A stretch of 64,000 bases of DNA from an uncultured Spirochaetota bacterium (GCA_963783575.1 CAWAOD010000003.1:192001-256000), one strand, 5' to 3'; counted from the stretch's first letter, positions 1-10,417 are shown. Numbers and translations are program-made. The notes: generated by a model from the sequence alone, not told the origin.

Positions 1-621
1 GATAACAGTGGAATTACAAATAAGACACCAGTTAAATCCAAAGAAAATACCGGTTTGATGGAAATCGAAATCATAAGTTATCCGGTGCTTATGGATGGAG
101 ACCTGATTGAATTGATTAAAGGAAGTTTCAATGTTAATGTCGCAGTCGTAAATAGCAGCATCGGTTTAAAATACGGTTGTTCATTTTTTCAATACACTGG
201 TCTTGAAGCTGAAGTTCAATATATAAACCTTACAATGATACCTGATGGATATGATTCGATGTCTGTGGGAAATATGGAAATATTAAAATTAGGAATTTTT
301 TATCGATTTCCGGTTTTTAATAACAGCTTTTTTGTATTGTTTCTAAAACCGCACTGCGGTATGAACTACACATTATTCAGTTTTACTTCCGATTTTACCG
401 ATCTGTTTTCTACCCCATATCCTTATTATTCCAGTTACAATGGTATTTTGGGCGGATTTGGGGGGCAGGCTGGTCTTAATTTCTGTTTGATGTTTAACTT
501 AAATCTGGAAATAAATTATGGCATTGAGATATGCATGGAACGGGTTTCTGTAACAGGCTTACCGAAAATATTTAATATCCGGAATATTTCTTTTCCTATA
601 TCCATAGGATACAGGTTTTAA
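1..621 (+). CDS. Hypothetical outer-membrane beta-barrel-like protein, 5' partial
   Basis: Frame 1 is open from base 1 (DNSGITNK...) into the 55..621 ORF; alternating aromatic/Gly strands; C-terminal ISIGYRF beta-signal. Confidence 0.6.
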   Translation, partial: DNSGITNKTPVKSKENTGLMEIEIISYPVLMDGDLIELIKGSFNVNVAVVNSSIGLKYGCSFFQYTGLEAEVQYINLTMIPDGYDSMSVGNMEILKLGIFYRFPVFNNSFFVLFLKPHCGMNYTLFSFTSDFTDLFSTPYPYYSSYNGILGGFGGQAGLNFCLMFNLNLEINYGIEICMERVSVTGLPKIFNIRNISFPISIGYRF

Positions 622-641
622 TATAAGCTATGGAGACAAAA

Positions 642-1640
642 ATGAGAAATTTCAAAACAGCAACGGTTTTGTTATTTTTTATATTTACGATATATTTCCT
701 CTGGGGTGAAGATAAGATTCCTATGAGTTTTGAGGCTGGAATAATCACCGAATATCTTACCGGGCAAACTCTTTACCAGATAGGCGATTATATTAAAAAC
801 AAAGATGGAAAAGTTTTCGATGTTCCTTTTAATATGAGCCAGCTGAAATTTACGATAAATGATCCCCTTATTCATGCCGGGTTTAAGCTTAGTGAATTTA
901 AACCGGGCTGGTCAATTGAAGCAGGGATAAAAAAGAATATACCGTTAATAAAAGATACACTTTATGATTCAGACTGGGGGGCCTGGTATCTTGACGGTTA
1001 TCCATGGGCCAATTATTATACACTGGATATCTATTCAACAAGCGGATGCACTAAAGACATCTGGCTTGGTTATATTTATACAGCTGTTAAATTCTGGTCG
1101 TTTAAAAATTTAAGCCTGTCTTTTAATTCCGGTCTTGAGTACGATTACTATTTCTTTGAAGCAAGCGATGGCAACCAGTACTATCCTTCTTATAACCAAT
1201 ATAAGGACTATCTTCCTTCATCTTATTCGGGAACGGATATATTTGATTCAGTCGGGATCCGTTATACTATCAATGAGATTGTATTACCCATTCTTACTTA
1301 TTTCAAAGCAGACATGTGGCTTTTCCATCTTAAAATAGGAGGCGGCGGCCTGTGCGGACTTTATTATGACAATGATGACCATGTCCTGCGTTCAAAGAAA
1401 TCAATCGGGACCGGCATGCTTATTGGCGCAAGGGGCGAGATAGGCCTTGAATATGAAATTTCAAAGAATTTAACTCTGAAAGCCGATGGCCGGTTTGACT
1501 ACCTGACAGGCTCCGGTGAACAGACCCAGACAAGATACCAGGATACTCAGGAAGGCCCGGCAGGCTTCATCGGCACCCTGGGCCAAAAAATCGAGACTTA
1601 TTTTTGGAACGTCGGCATCGGTATTAGTTATAAACTCTAG
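642..1640 (+). CDS. Omptin-family outer membrane protease
   Basis: Signal peptide; DSDW and DNDDH motifs match the omptin Asp-Asp and Asp-His catalytic pairs; SQLKF near N-terminus; C-terminal GISYKL. Start could be 630. Confidence 0.75.
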   Translation: MRNFKTATVLLFFIFTIYFLWGEDKIPMSFEAGIITEYLTGQTLYQIGDYIKNKDGKVFDVPFNMSQLKFTINDPLIHAGFKLSEFKPGWSIEAGIKKNIPLIKDTLYDSDWGAWYLDGYPWANYYTLDIYSTSGCTKDIWLGYIYTAVKFWSFKNLSLSFNSGLEYDYYFFEASDGNQYYPSYNQYKDYLPSSYSGTDIFDSVGIRYTINEIVLPILTYFKADMWLFHLKIGGGGLCGLYYDNDDHVLRSKKSIGTGMLIGARGEIGLEYEISKNLTLKADGRFDYLTGSGEQTQTRYQDTQEGPAGFIGTLGQKIETYFWNVGIGISYKL

Positions 1641-1651
1641 GGGGAAGAAAT

Positions 1652-4600
1652 ATGAAAATTATTAGTTTATTAATATCTATGGCTTTCATCGTTCTTTTTT
1701 CCTGCAGTATAGAAAAGAACGGTGACTACAAAGTAGCAGACAAAGGCTCTCCCGACCTTACAGTTACCTTCGACAGCATCGGTTACAACAGCAATTATAA
1801 TGTAATCTGCTTTTCAAATATAGTGATTGAAAACATAGGCACGGCCGATTCTAAATATTGCGATATCGCTTATGGCCTGAGCCCCGATACCGTGATATTC
1901 GACTCAAACGATATTATTATATACGCTCAATTGAATGACACTACCCTGCGACCCGGAGAGAAAATGGTCATTCCGGTTGCATCAATTAATATAACGAATA
2001 CCCTGTCAAACTCATTTTATATCCCATATATTATTGTTGATTTTGAGAGACGGGCAAACGATATGAATTATAAGAACAATGTTTATTATAGCATTAACAA
2101 AAACCTTTCCGGAATAACATTCCCGGAGCTTGTCCTCTGCGGCTGGTCGCCGACAAACGCCGTTTTCTCAGTATTAAATAACAAAAACGATTTTACCTTA
2201 AGCGTTTTCAGGGACCAGAACAATTCCGGCAGTTATATCTATCTTGGAAACATGACCGGGAATGTTTTTACCGACAATTCAATCAGCACAAATTACGATT
2301 ATACTTACCGCGTTATTACTTATTCTAAATCCATAAATATTACCTGGACAAACACCGTTGGTTTTCCTTTAAAGTCTTTACAGGCGGATATCGGAAATAT
2401 AACTTGCCTTTCGAACACGGCAGGGAGTTGTTGGCAGATCGATTACGGTACCTATTACGACGGCGCTATGAGCCTCTGGAGCGGCTCTGTATATAATAAT
2501 AGCACATCGGAATTTACCATACAGGCTGATACGGCTTATCTGTCTTATTATTACAAAATGAGCGACAGCTATAACTGCTCCCTGGAGTTGTGGATTGACG
2601 GAACTAAAAGCGCTTTGATGCCCGTGAATTCTCAGTGGACTTTCTTTGAAACCAATCTTTCACCGGGAGGCCATAATATAAACTGGAAGGCAAAATGCTC
2701 AAGTTATTATCCGGGTTATGTCTGGATTGATAATTTTACATTAGGAGCTAAAGCACCGGCAAATATTACTTTTACAATAACAAATACCAACACCCTGGTT
2801 TTAAGCTGGCCTTCAGTTGCGGCTGGCGCCACTTATAAAATTTTTTGTAGTCTAGACAATACAAATAATTTTATTGAAATAACCAATACTCAAAGCACAA
2901 ATTTTATATATGGGTTAATTTCGTCAGACCATGATTATTATTTTCAGATTAAATCTGAAGACTTTGGATATAATAGCACAAAATGTTTGATTTATCCTTT
3001 TTATCAAAAGAGTTATAGTGATGCTATTGACTTTAACCCTATTTGTTGGAACTATATCACAGTTAAGCCCTGGATTGTTGATGTTTCAAATGCAATAAAA
3101 GGTGGAAGCAGTATTTATAGTGGAAACTATACCTTAAATAGTTCCAATTATATTGAGGCTATCTTTACAGGTGATTATTTATCTTTTAATTATAAATTTA
3201 ATGCTTACTATTCAGATCAATTCACGTTCTATATAGATGGAACTAATTTGTCAACTTTCTCTAACACAACAAACTGGACTAATCAATCTTTTTATATGAC
3301 AACTGGAACTCATTCTTTAAAATGGATATATTATCAAGCTTACATAAACGCTAATTCTGGAATATGGCTTGACTTTATTACTAATGAACCTAATAATCTG
3401 TCTGAACCAACAAATTTCCATTGCATATATGGCACTGGAAATTCTTTTAATCTCATATATGACTCTGTTCCCGGAGCTTATACTTATGATATATATCGTA
3501 GCATTGATAACTCAAATTCATTTACACTGATAGGAACCACAAATGGAAACGCATTTATAGATACAAATATAAACCAAAGCCATAATTATTACTATAAAGT
3601 AAAAGCAAAGAGAAATAACCTTAGCAGTTCATATTCTAAGACTATATTTATATTAAATAACTTTAATCCAGTATTGGATACAACAGGATTGATTTGGAGT
3701 AAAGATGGTACTTGTCTATGGGCTTTGGACACTTCAAATTATGTAATTGGTGGAAGCAGTCTATATAGCGGTAAACTTTCAAACTTTTGTTCGAATTATA
3801 TTCAGACTACAATAACTGGAGATTATATCGCATTTTATCATAAATATAATACGGCATGGACACCTGACGGTGAATTGAATTTTGCGATTGATGGAACGAA
3901 TTGGTTTGAAATAGAAGAAAATACTTGGACCAACCTGGAATTATATATGACACCTGGTACTCATACATTAACATGGGCAGATGTACATTGGGGTAGTGCT
4001 TATTCAGAAGCCTGGATTGATGATGTTACTAATGAGCCATCATTTCTATCAAATACAGAAAATTTATATAGTACTTATAATACAGATAGTTCAATTTCAC
4101 TTCTTTGGGATGCTGTACCAGGAGCTTTTTCATATAATATTTACCGAAGCAAGGATAACACTAATTCTTTTTCACAAATTGGTACGGCTATTACAAATAA
4201 ATATATAGATTCTTCTATAAACCAAGACAATAACTATTACTATAAAATACAAACCAGACGAAATAATCTAACTAGCCAGGATTCAGAATATTATGCTGTA
4301 ATAAATAACCTCAACCCAGTTTTAGATACAACAAATTTAATTTGGATAAAAAATGGTTTAAGAATGTGGACTCTTGATTCATCAAATTTTATAGTAGGTA
4401 GTAATAGTCTTTATGTCGGGCCTAGAAATTTTTCAAGTTCCAATTGGATTCAAACAACTATTAATAGTGATTTTATTTCTTTTTATTGGAAACTCAATAC
4501 ATCTTTCAATTATGACTATTTTAAATTCTATATTGATGGTATAAATTCAGCCAGCATAAATCAGGCAACTGAATGGACTAATCAGGCATTCACTTTGACA

Positions 4601-5350
4601 CCGGGAACTCATACTTTGAAATGGTTATATTATAATAATTTTTATAATTATTATACCGGAGCATGGATTGACGGGATATCAATTGAACCTTCAACTTTAA
4701 CTACCCCTCTAAATATTTATTGCATTTCAAATACAGGTAATTCAATTACACTTGTATGGGATGCTGTACCGGGAGCATATTCTTACGAAATTTATAAGAG
4801 TATAGACAATACAAACTCATTTATTCTTATTGGTTCAAATACAAATATGATATTTTTTGATAATGATATTATCCAAAGTCATGATTATTATTATTATAAA
4901 ATAAAAGCTAAAAGAGACAATATTACCAGCCCTGACTCAGATCTTTATCTTTTATATAATAACCTTAACACTATTTTGGATACTACGGGATTAATTTGGA
5001 TAGATAATGGAAAAAAATTATGGATACCAGATACAACAAATTCGATAATAGGTGACAGTAGTTTATACTGTGCTATACTTCCAGCAAATAGTTCAAATAT
5101 TATACAAACAACATTTACGGGCAATTATATCTCTTTTTATCTAAAATTTAATTATAATGCATATTATCCCAACAATTTGAAATTTATTATTGATGAAACA
5201 AATATAATAGATTTGACTTGGCAAAGAGATTGGACAAAACTTAGTTATTCTTTAACTCAGGGAACTCATAATTTGAAGTGGATATATTTTGAAAGTTATT
5301 ATTATGATAATTCCGGTGCCTGGATCGACGGAATCAGCTTTACACCTTAA
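1652..5350 (+). CDS. Large surface lipoprotein with CARDB/Ig-like N-terminus and tandem FN3-like + jelly-roll repeats
   Basis: Lipobox LFSC; PDL..IENIGTA CARDB-like start; recurring WDAVPGA.SY.IYRS.DN (FN3-like) and FYIDG..GTHTLKW..AWID modules. Confidence 0.75.
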   Translation: MKIISLLISMAFIVLFSCSIEKNGDYKVADKGSPDLTVTFDSIGYNSNYNVICFSNIVIENIGTADSKYCDIAYGLSPDTVIFDSNDIIIYAQLNDTTLRPGEKMVIPVASINITNTLSNSFYIPYIIVDFERRANDMNYKNNVYYSINKNLSGITFPELVLCGWSPTNAVFSVLNNKNDFTLSVFRDQNNSGSYIYLGNMTGNVFTDNSISTNYDYTYRVITYSKSINITWTNTVGFPLKSLQADIGNITCLSNTAGSCWQIDYGTYYDGAMSLWSGSVYNNSTSEFTIQADTAYLSYYYKMSDSYNCSLELWIDGTKSALMPVNSQWTFFETNLSPGGHNINWKAKCSSYYPGYVWIDNFTLGAKAPANITFTITNTNTLVLSWPSVAAGATYKIFCSLDNTNNFIEITNTQSTNFIYGLISSDHDYYFQIKSEDFGYNSTKCLIYPFYQKSYSDAIDFNPICWNYITVKPWIVDVSNAIKGGSSIYSGNYTLNSSNYIEAIFTGDYLSFNYKFNAYYSDQFTFYIDGTNLSTFSNTTNWTNQSFYMTTGTHSLKWIYYQAYINANSGIWLDFITNEPNNLSEPTNFHCIYGTGNSFNLIYDSVPGAYTYDIYRSIDNSNSFTLIGTTNGNAFIDTNINQSHNYYYKVKAKRNNLSSSYSKTIFILNNFNPVLDTTGLIWSKDGTCLWALDTSNYVIGGSSLYSGKLSNFCSNYIQTTITGDYIAFYHKYNTAWTPDGELNFAIDGTNWFEIEENTWTNLELYMTPGTHTLTWADVHWGSAYSEAWIDDVTNEPSFLSNTENLYSTYNTDSSISLLWDAVPGAFSYNIYRSKDNTNSFSQIGTAITNKYIDSSINQDNNYYYKIQTRRNNLTSQDSEYYAVINNLNPVLDTTNLIWIKNGLRMWTLDSSNFIVGSNSLYVGPRNFSSSNWIQTTINSDFISFYWKLNTSFNYDYFKFYIDGINSASINQATEWTNQAFTLTPGTHTLKWLYYNNFYNYYTGAWIDGISIEPSTLTTPLNIYCISNTGNSITLVWDAVPGAYSYEIYKSIDNTNSFILIGSNTNMIFFDNDIIQSHDYYYYKIKAKRDNITSPDSDLYLLYNNLNTILDTTGLIWIDNGKKLWIPDTTNSIIGDSSLYCAILPANSSNIIQTTFTGNYISFYLKFNYNAYYPNNLKFIIDETNIIDLTWQRDWTKLSYSLTQGTHNLKWIYFESYYYDNSGAWIDGISFTP

Positions 5351-5369
5351 TTTTTTTGAGGCACTCCTG

Positions 5370-6095
5370 TCAGCTTTCAAACCCCTTTTTACCATACCTG
5401 TTGTGATGCGTAAAATCATCCAAATCTCGGCGCACTCTCAGCGGTTTCGGCGGTTCGGGCATAGGATAACCAAGCCTTATTGAAAAAGCGATCTTCAGAT
5501 TTTCGGGAATGTTGAGGATTTTCTTTACATCCTTTTCAACCGGTCCGGCGCTTATAGAACTGACTATGTGAAGGCTTATTCCAAGGGACTCTGCCATAAG
5601 CCACATGTTTTCCATCGCGCAGCCAAGGCTTATGATCCCAAGAAAATCCCCTTCGGACGCTGGCGCGCGCCTTTCCGGGTCATAAAGTAAAATCAAAAAA
5701 ACAGGAGTGGATTGAATCGTATTACCAAGCGACATATTCATTGTCTCACCGGCTGCTTCTTCAATCTTAAAATCAGGCTTTCTCCATGATGGGGGAAACA
5801 TTGTACCAAGTATTCCGGTTTTTTTCTTCTTGAGCTCATATTCTGAGAAAGACAGTTGCCGGAAGTTTTCCCTAACGAAGGTTTCGGATACCGGATAATT
5901 TATTTTTCCGATAGCTTCCAGAATCTTTTGGTCATCAATAACTATAATTTCGAAATTCTGCATATTATGAGCCGTCGGTGCCCATCTTCCGGCCTCCAGA
6001 ATCTGTTCCAGATCCTGCTTTGAAATCTTACGATCGGGATCGAACAGAACCCTTGACGATTTTCTTTCCCGGATAATCTTCAAAATTTCATTCAT
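5370..6095 (-). CDS. Nitroreductase family protein
   Basis: RKSSR, APTAHNMQ, ENMWLMAESLG and LGYP motifs. Confidence 0.9.
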   Translation of the reverse strand: MNEILKIIRERKSSRVLFDPDRKISKQDLEQILEAGRWAPTAHNMQNFEIIVIDDQKILEAIGKINYPVSETFVRENFRQLSFSEYELKKKKTGILGTMFPPSWRKPDFKIEEAAGETMNMSLGNTIQSTPVFLILLYDPERRAPASEGDFLGIISLGCAMENMWLMAESLGISLHIVSSISAGPVEKDVKKILNIPENLKIAFSIRLGYPMPEPPKPLRVRRDLDDFTHHNRYGKKGFES

Positions 6096-6115
6096 TAAGA
6101 CCTCCCTTTTTACAT

Positions 6116-6166
6116 CTATCCTTCGACTGGAGTTTATTCTGAGCCTGACGAAGTGCTCAGGATGGC
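6116..6166 (-). repeat. REP-like palindromic intergenic element, copy 1
   Basis: Reverse complement GCCATCCTGAGCACTTCGTCAGGCTCAGAATAAACTCCAGTCGAAG closely matches 50678..50721. Confidence 0.75.
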
Positions 6167-6197
6167 CAGCAGTATTTTTTACTGAAAAGCACGCCTG

Positions 6198-7208
6198 TTA
6201 GGCGCCGATTTTAAGGACCGACCTGAAATGCACTTTTGATGTCATCATTTTCTCAAAAGCCAGGGCCGCCTCTTCAAGTGGAAAAACCTCAACCATCGGA
6301 ATAATTTTAAACAGCATACTGAAACGTATGGCGTCTTCAATATTACCACCGACAGAGCCGCTGACTGAACGGCCTCCTCCCAGAAGGAGCGATGTCGGGA
6401 ACTGCATCATATCCCTGGCGCCGGTAACTATTATTGCCTGTCCGTTCCGTCCGAGGCCGGGCAGCAGCTCCGAGATGGCTTTACCATTCGGCGCAGTACA
6501 AAGGATTACTTTCGCGCCTCCAAGTATTTTTAATTCCCCAACCGTATCTGAAGAAACAGTGTCAATATAATAGTGAGCTCCCAGCTTATAGGCCAGCTCC
6601 TCTTTCTCCTTTCCACGTGATAAAACAACTGTTTTAAAGCCCATTTTAACCGCGTATTGCACAGCAAGATGTCCCAACCCTCCAAGTCCATGGATGGCAA
6701 CCAGGTCCCCTCCCCTCGCACCGCTGTTCTGCAAAGCCCCGAAAGTAGTTCGGCCGGCACATAAAATCGGAGCAGCGTCCGTGGAAGCCAGTTCCTCCGG
6801 TATGGGAACAAGAACATCAGCTCTGGCTGACATATATTCGGCATAACCGCCATCGATTGTAATGCCCGTGGTTAGTGAATTCTCACAGGCCCAGAAATCA
6901 CCTTTCCGGCATGCACTGCATTGAAGGCAATGCCCTCCATGCCAGCCGACTCCGACCCTCTGACCGATTTTCCAGTTATTAACTCCGGATCCTGTTTTAT
7001 CTATAGTACCGGCTACCTCATGGCCCGGAATCCTCGGATATTCTACGCCTGGGAAATGACCTTCTTTAACTATTGCGTCACCATGGCAAATTCCGCAAGC
7101 CTGTACTTTAATAAGAACCTCATTTTCTTTTGGCACCGGAATTTCCCTTTCCACAAGCTCAAAACCTGCTCCGGGGGAATTTACCTGAATTGCTTTCATC
7201 ATTGCCAT
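6198..7208 (-). CDS. Zinc-dependent alcohol dehydrogenase
   Basis: CGICHGD, GHEVAG, structural Zn Cys cluster and GLGGLG motifs. Confidence 0.93.
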   Translation of the reverse strand: MAMMKAIQVNSPGAGFELVEREIPVPKENEVLIKVQACGICHGDAIVKEGHFPGVEYPRIPGHEVAGTIDKTGSGVNNWKIGQRVGVGWHGGHCLQCSACRKGDFWACENSLTTGITIDGGYAEYMSARADVLVPIPEELASTDAAPILCAGRTTFGALQNSGARGGDLVAIHGLGGLGHLAVQYAVKMGFKTVVLSRGKEKEELAYKLGAHYYIDTVSSDTVGELKILGGAKVILCTAPNGKAISELLPGLGRNGQAIIVTGARDMMQFPTSLLLGGGRSVSGSVGGNIEDAIRFSMLFKIIPMVEVFPLEEAALAFEKMMTSKVHFRSVLKIGA

Positions 7209-7237
7209 TAAAATTACCTCCCCTTTAAAGATAACTA

Positions 7238-8011
7238 TTATTTAAACATGTTGTCTTCAAAAGCAGCGACATCATTATAATAAGCCCTGGCTATTTCTGC
7301 GGATGAAGTATTGGTATAAATTTCAGGTTTCGGATTTTTTATAAGTTCCATTAGGATATCAGCTACTTCTTCAGGTGTTTGGGGCTTCATGCCTGTCGCT
7401 GATCCCATTGGCATTTGCGGTGTTCCATAAAGAGCGTTTTTCGCGAAATCCGTAGATACCATACCCGGCATAACAAGAGAAACTTTTATTCCGGGATGAG
7501 TCCTTCTTAAATCCGTTCGAAGGTTAGCGGTAAGCGTATTAACAGCGCTTTTTGCAGCATTATAGGCTGATCTGAAATTCGCGAATGGTACTCGTCCCAG
7601 AAAAGACGAAATGTTTATAATATGCCCCACGCCATGTTCCTGGAAATAAGGAACAATTGCCTGCATTCCGAAAAGCACTGATTTGACATTAACGTTCATC
7701 ATTTCATCAAAATCGTCTTCGGTTAGATCCAGAACCTTTTTCCCTATCCCTCTGCCGGCATTATTGACCCAGAGGTCGATCCTGCCGAATTTTCTCAAGG
7801 CTTCGGTTTTCAGGTTATCAATATCCGTCCGCTTTGTAACATCAGTAACGACAACAAGCGTATTTTCACCCGACCTGGCAGCGATTTTATAAAGTTCATC
7901 ACGCCGCCTTGCAGCAAGCGCAACATTCCAGCCTTCGCCACCAAGCTTGATGCAGAGTTCCGCTCCAATGCCTCCGCTTGCCCCTGTTACTACAGCAGTT
8001 TTTTTATCCAT
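7238..8011 (-). CDS. Short-chain dehydrogenase/reductase
   Basis: TGASGGIG, NNAG and YNAAK motifs. Confidence 0.93.
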   Translation of the reverse strand: MDKKTAVVTGASGGIGAELCIKLGGEGWNVALAARRRDELYKIAARSGENTLVVVTDVTKRTDIDNLKTEALRKFGRIDLWVNNAGRGIGKKVLDLTEDDFDEMMNVNVKSVLFGMQAIVPYFQEHGVGHIINISSFLGRVPFANFRSAYNAAKSAVNTLTANLRTDLRRTHPGIKVSLVMPGMVSTDFAKNALYGTPQMPMGSATGMKPQTPEEVADILMELIKNPKPEIYTNTSSAEIARAYYNDVAAFEDNMFK

Positions 8012-8170
8012 AGAGATGCTCCTGATTTATTATTTATCCTAATAATGTAACTTTAAGTAGAAATATAACCAATTATATTTCAAAAATCCACTTTGATCCG
8101 ACTTAATAAGTTTATTTTAAGATAAATTAGGAAGGCAAAATTGATGTACCGAACAACAAATGCATAAAAA

Positions 8171-8212
8171 ATAATAAAATACTCCGTTTCGATATGCGGA
8201 GTATTTTATTAT
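8171..8212. terminator. Probable intrinsic terminator
   Basis: ATAATAAAATACTCCG-loop-CGGAGTATTTTATTAT inverted repeat just downstream of the 8246..8776 gene. Confidence 0.65.
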
Positions 8213-8245
8213 AATGGTTCCCATTTAAAGGTGCTTATTAATTCT

Positions 8246-8776
8246 TTACCGCCTATGAAACCTGCGATGAGGACCATAATGTAAATACCATCTTGGTCCA
8301 TAATAGTAAACGTCGAAAGGAACATATCTATAGCCGATTATAAACCATGGCCCGCCGTAGAAAGATGACCGGTACCAGATATTATCCGCATTCTGCCACC
8401 AATAACCATTGTAATAATAAAGTAGTTCTCCATTAGAATAAGTGTAGTAGACACTGCTTCCCGGTATAAGCACAAGATTGGGATCCGGCTCGACATTGGT
8501 TGCAGGCTGATTCTGTGCCATATTTTGCGGAACATTTGTATTTATTGTAAGATCCAGCGGTTTGCCGTTTCCGGCATCAAAAACAGTTTTGATACCGGCC
8601 AGTTTCAAAACCTCGGCTTTCCTGTTTGTACCCTCAAAATACAGTTCATCCGCCGTTTTACCGAGCATATTTCCTTTCATTATAGTACCGTCTTTCATTA
8701 CTATATTTACGTCGATAGCCCATAAACCGGCACTAAATATAGTAATGCCGACAATAATCGCTAAAATTCGCTTCAT
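8246..8776 (-). CDS. Exported hypothetical protein with Tyr/Trp-rich C-terminus
   Basis: Signal peptide; IVMKDGTIMKG N-domain; YYYNGYWW...GGPW region; basic His/Arg tail. Confidence 0.7.
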   Translation of the reverse strand: MKRILAIIVGITIFSAGLWAIDVNIVMKDGTIMKGNMLGKTADELYFEGTNRKAEVLKLAGIKTVFDAGNGKPLDLTINTNVPQNMAQNQPATNVEPDPNLVLIPGSSVYYTYSNGELLYYYNGYWWQNADNIWYRSSFYGGPWFIIGYRYVPFDVYYYGPRWYLHYGPHRRFHRR

Positions 8777-8798
8777 ATTCTGCCTCCGAAAGGTATTA

Positions 8799-9635
8799 TT
8801 AAAACGCGTAACCTAAATTCAAACCAAATGTGACATTATTTTCGATACCATATAGCGTATGATAACCTGATCCGTTAGTGTAAACTCCGGTTGTACTGAT
8901 TTGTTCATTCCAAGTACCGAATGGGATTAACACGGCAATGCGCGGTTCCAGAAATAAGCCACTGTTCATTCCGAATATGATCTTGTTTCCGAATTCGATC
9001 CCTGCCAGCGGAGCAGGCGGATAAGTACCGGTCACATTGTATGACCCATGACGGTCGGAATATGAATAATTTATTGATCCGCCCTCATAGCCGAACATAA
9101 GACCTGCGTAAAAACCCCTCAAGCCATTATTCCAGTTTGGAAACCAGCCGAAACTGTGCCCTGCGTAAAACCGCGCGGACAAAGCAGCTTCCCAGTAATT
9201 GATGCCGGTACCCCAAAAATAATCGGGACTGTAGGAACCGTAAATCATCAAAGAAATCCAATCGTTTAAAGCCCTTTCATAGGAAAGCTGGAAGTTGTAG
9301 CCGACTAAACCGGCTATATCCAGTCCGATCGCATTATAAGGTCCTTTTACCGGCGGATTTGAAGCCGCTGTTTGGACCGGACTTCTTGATATTTGATTCA
9401 GATCGGAAATATTTACAGGATTACCTGTAGTATCGTTAAAAACCGCTTTAATATCGGTCTGTTTAATAAACACAGCCCTGTCATTATCCTGCCTGACATA
9501 AATTTCATTGGAAACAACCCCAATAAATTTACCTTTAATAATTGAATTATCATTCAATATGATATTCAAATCCAAACCAAAAATTCCCGATGAAATTATT
9601 AATATAGTAAAAATTGATATTCCCAAACGAAGCAT
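8799..9635 (-). CDS. Outer-membrane beta-barrel protein with small N-terminal domain
   Basis: Signal peptide; LSYERAL and FLEPRI strands; terminal GLNLGYAF. Confidence 0.7.
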   Translation of the reverse strand: MLRLGISIFTILIISSGIFGLDLNIILNDNSIIKGKFIGVVSNEIYVRQDNDRAVFIKQTDIKAVFNDTTGNPVNISDLNQISRSPVQTAASNPPVKGPYNAIGLDIAGLVGYNFQLSYERALNDWISLMIYGSYSPDYFWGTGINYWEAALSARFYAGHSFGWFPNWNNGLRGFYAGLMFGYEGGSINYSYSDRHGSYNVTGTYPPAPLAGIEFGNKIIFGMNSGLFLEPRIAVLIPFGTWNEQISTTGVYTNGSGYHTLYGIENNVTFGLNLGYAF

Positions 9636-9805
9636 ATTGTGCCTCCAATTATCATAATATTATATAATATTAATCATTTTTAAGGCAAAAAAGATTCATT
9701 TGAATAAAAATTATTTTTATTGTTTCGGATAAATATTATTCGGAATGGAAGAGCCAAGGTTCGATAATAATTTTATTAGAAACGGCTTGATCAAATTCAT
9801 CTTTT

Positions 9806-9834
9806 TTGACAGAACTTTCCGATTTAAATATACT
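9806..9834 (+). promoter_or_regulatory. Sigma70-type promoter
   Basis: TTGACA-17 bp-TATACT upstream of the GNAT gene. Confidence 0.6.
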
Positions 9835-9878
9835 TATCAAGATGGAAGGAATAAGAAATTGAAAGGTTATAAGAGTTT

Positions 9879-10388
9879 ATGAACTTACGAAATGCCCGGT
9901 TGGGCGATGAAATACCGATCGCTGAAATCAGGGACAAAACATGGAAAGATGCCTACCGGGGAATATTGCCCGATGAATATCTCGATGGGATGGACTATAG
10001 CGAGTCCGTCAGGAAATTCGCGGAAAAGCTTTCCGGCGGAAGGGAAATCTTTTACCTGGCTGAGGATGAAAATGGAAAAGCTGCGGGTTTTATAGCAGGA
10101 AAAATCCTCTTGGATTCGCATGACGGATGTGAACTCATCGCAATTTATGTCCTTCCCGGTCATCAGAAAAAAGGATACGGCAGGGCATTATTCCTGAAAT
10201 TGGTTAAAGACTTTATAGAAAGGGGCCAAAAAAGTATGATTCTCTGGACTTTTGAAAAAAATAAAGACCGGGAATTTTATAATAAACTGGGCGGAGTTCC
10301 AAAAGAAAATAAAACAATTACTTTCGGCGATGCTGAACTGCGCTTAACCTGTTATTACTGGGACGATATTCGAACTATATTGAATTAA
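9879..10388 (+). CDS. GNAT family N-acetyltransferase
   Basis: AIYVLPGHQKKGYG acetyl-CoA motif; FYNKLGG. Confidence 0.9.
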   Translation: MNLRNARLGDEIPIAEIRDKTWKDAYRGILPDEYLDGMDYSESVRKFAEKLSGGREIFYLAEDENGKAAGFIAGKILLDSHDGCELIAIYVLPGHQKKGYGRALFLKLVKDFIERGQKSMILWTFEKNKDREFYNKLGGVPKENKTITFGDAELRLTCYYWDDIRTILN

Positions 10389-10417
10389 TTCAAGCCAATT
10401 GTGAATTCATAAGGAGA

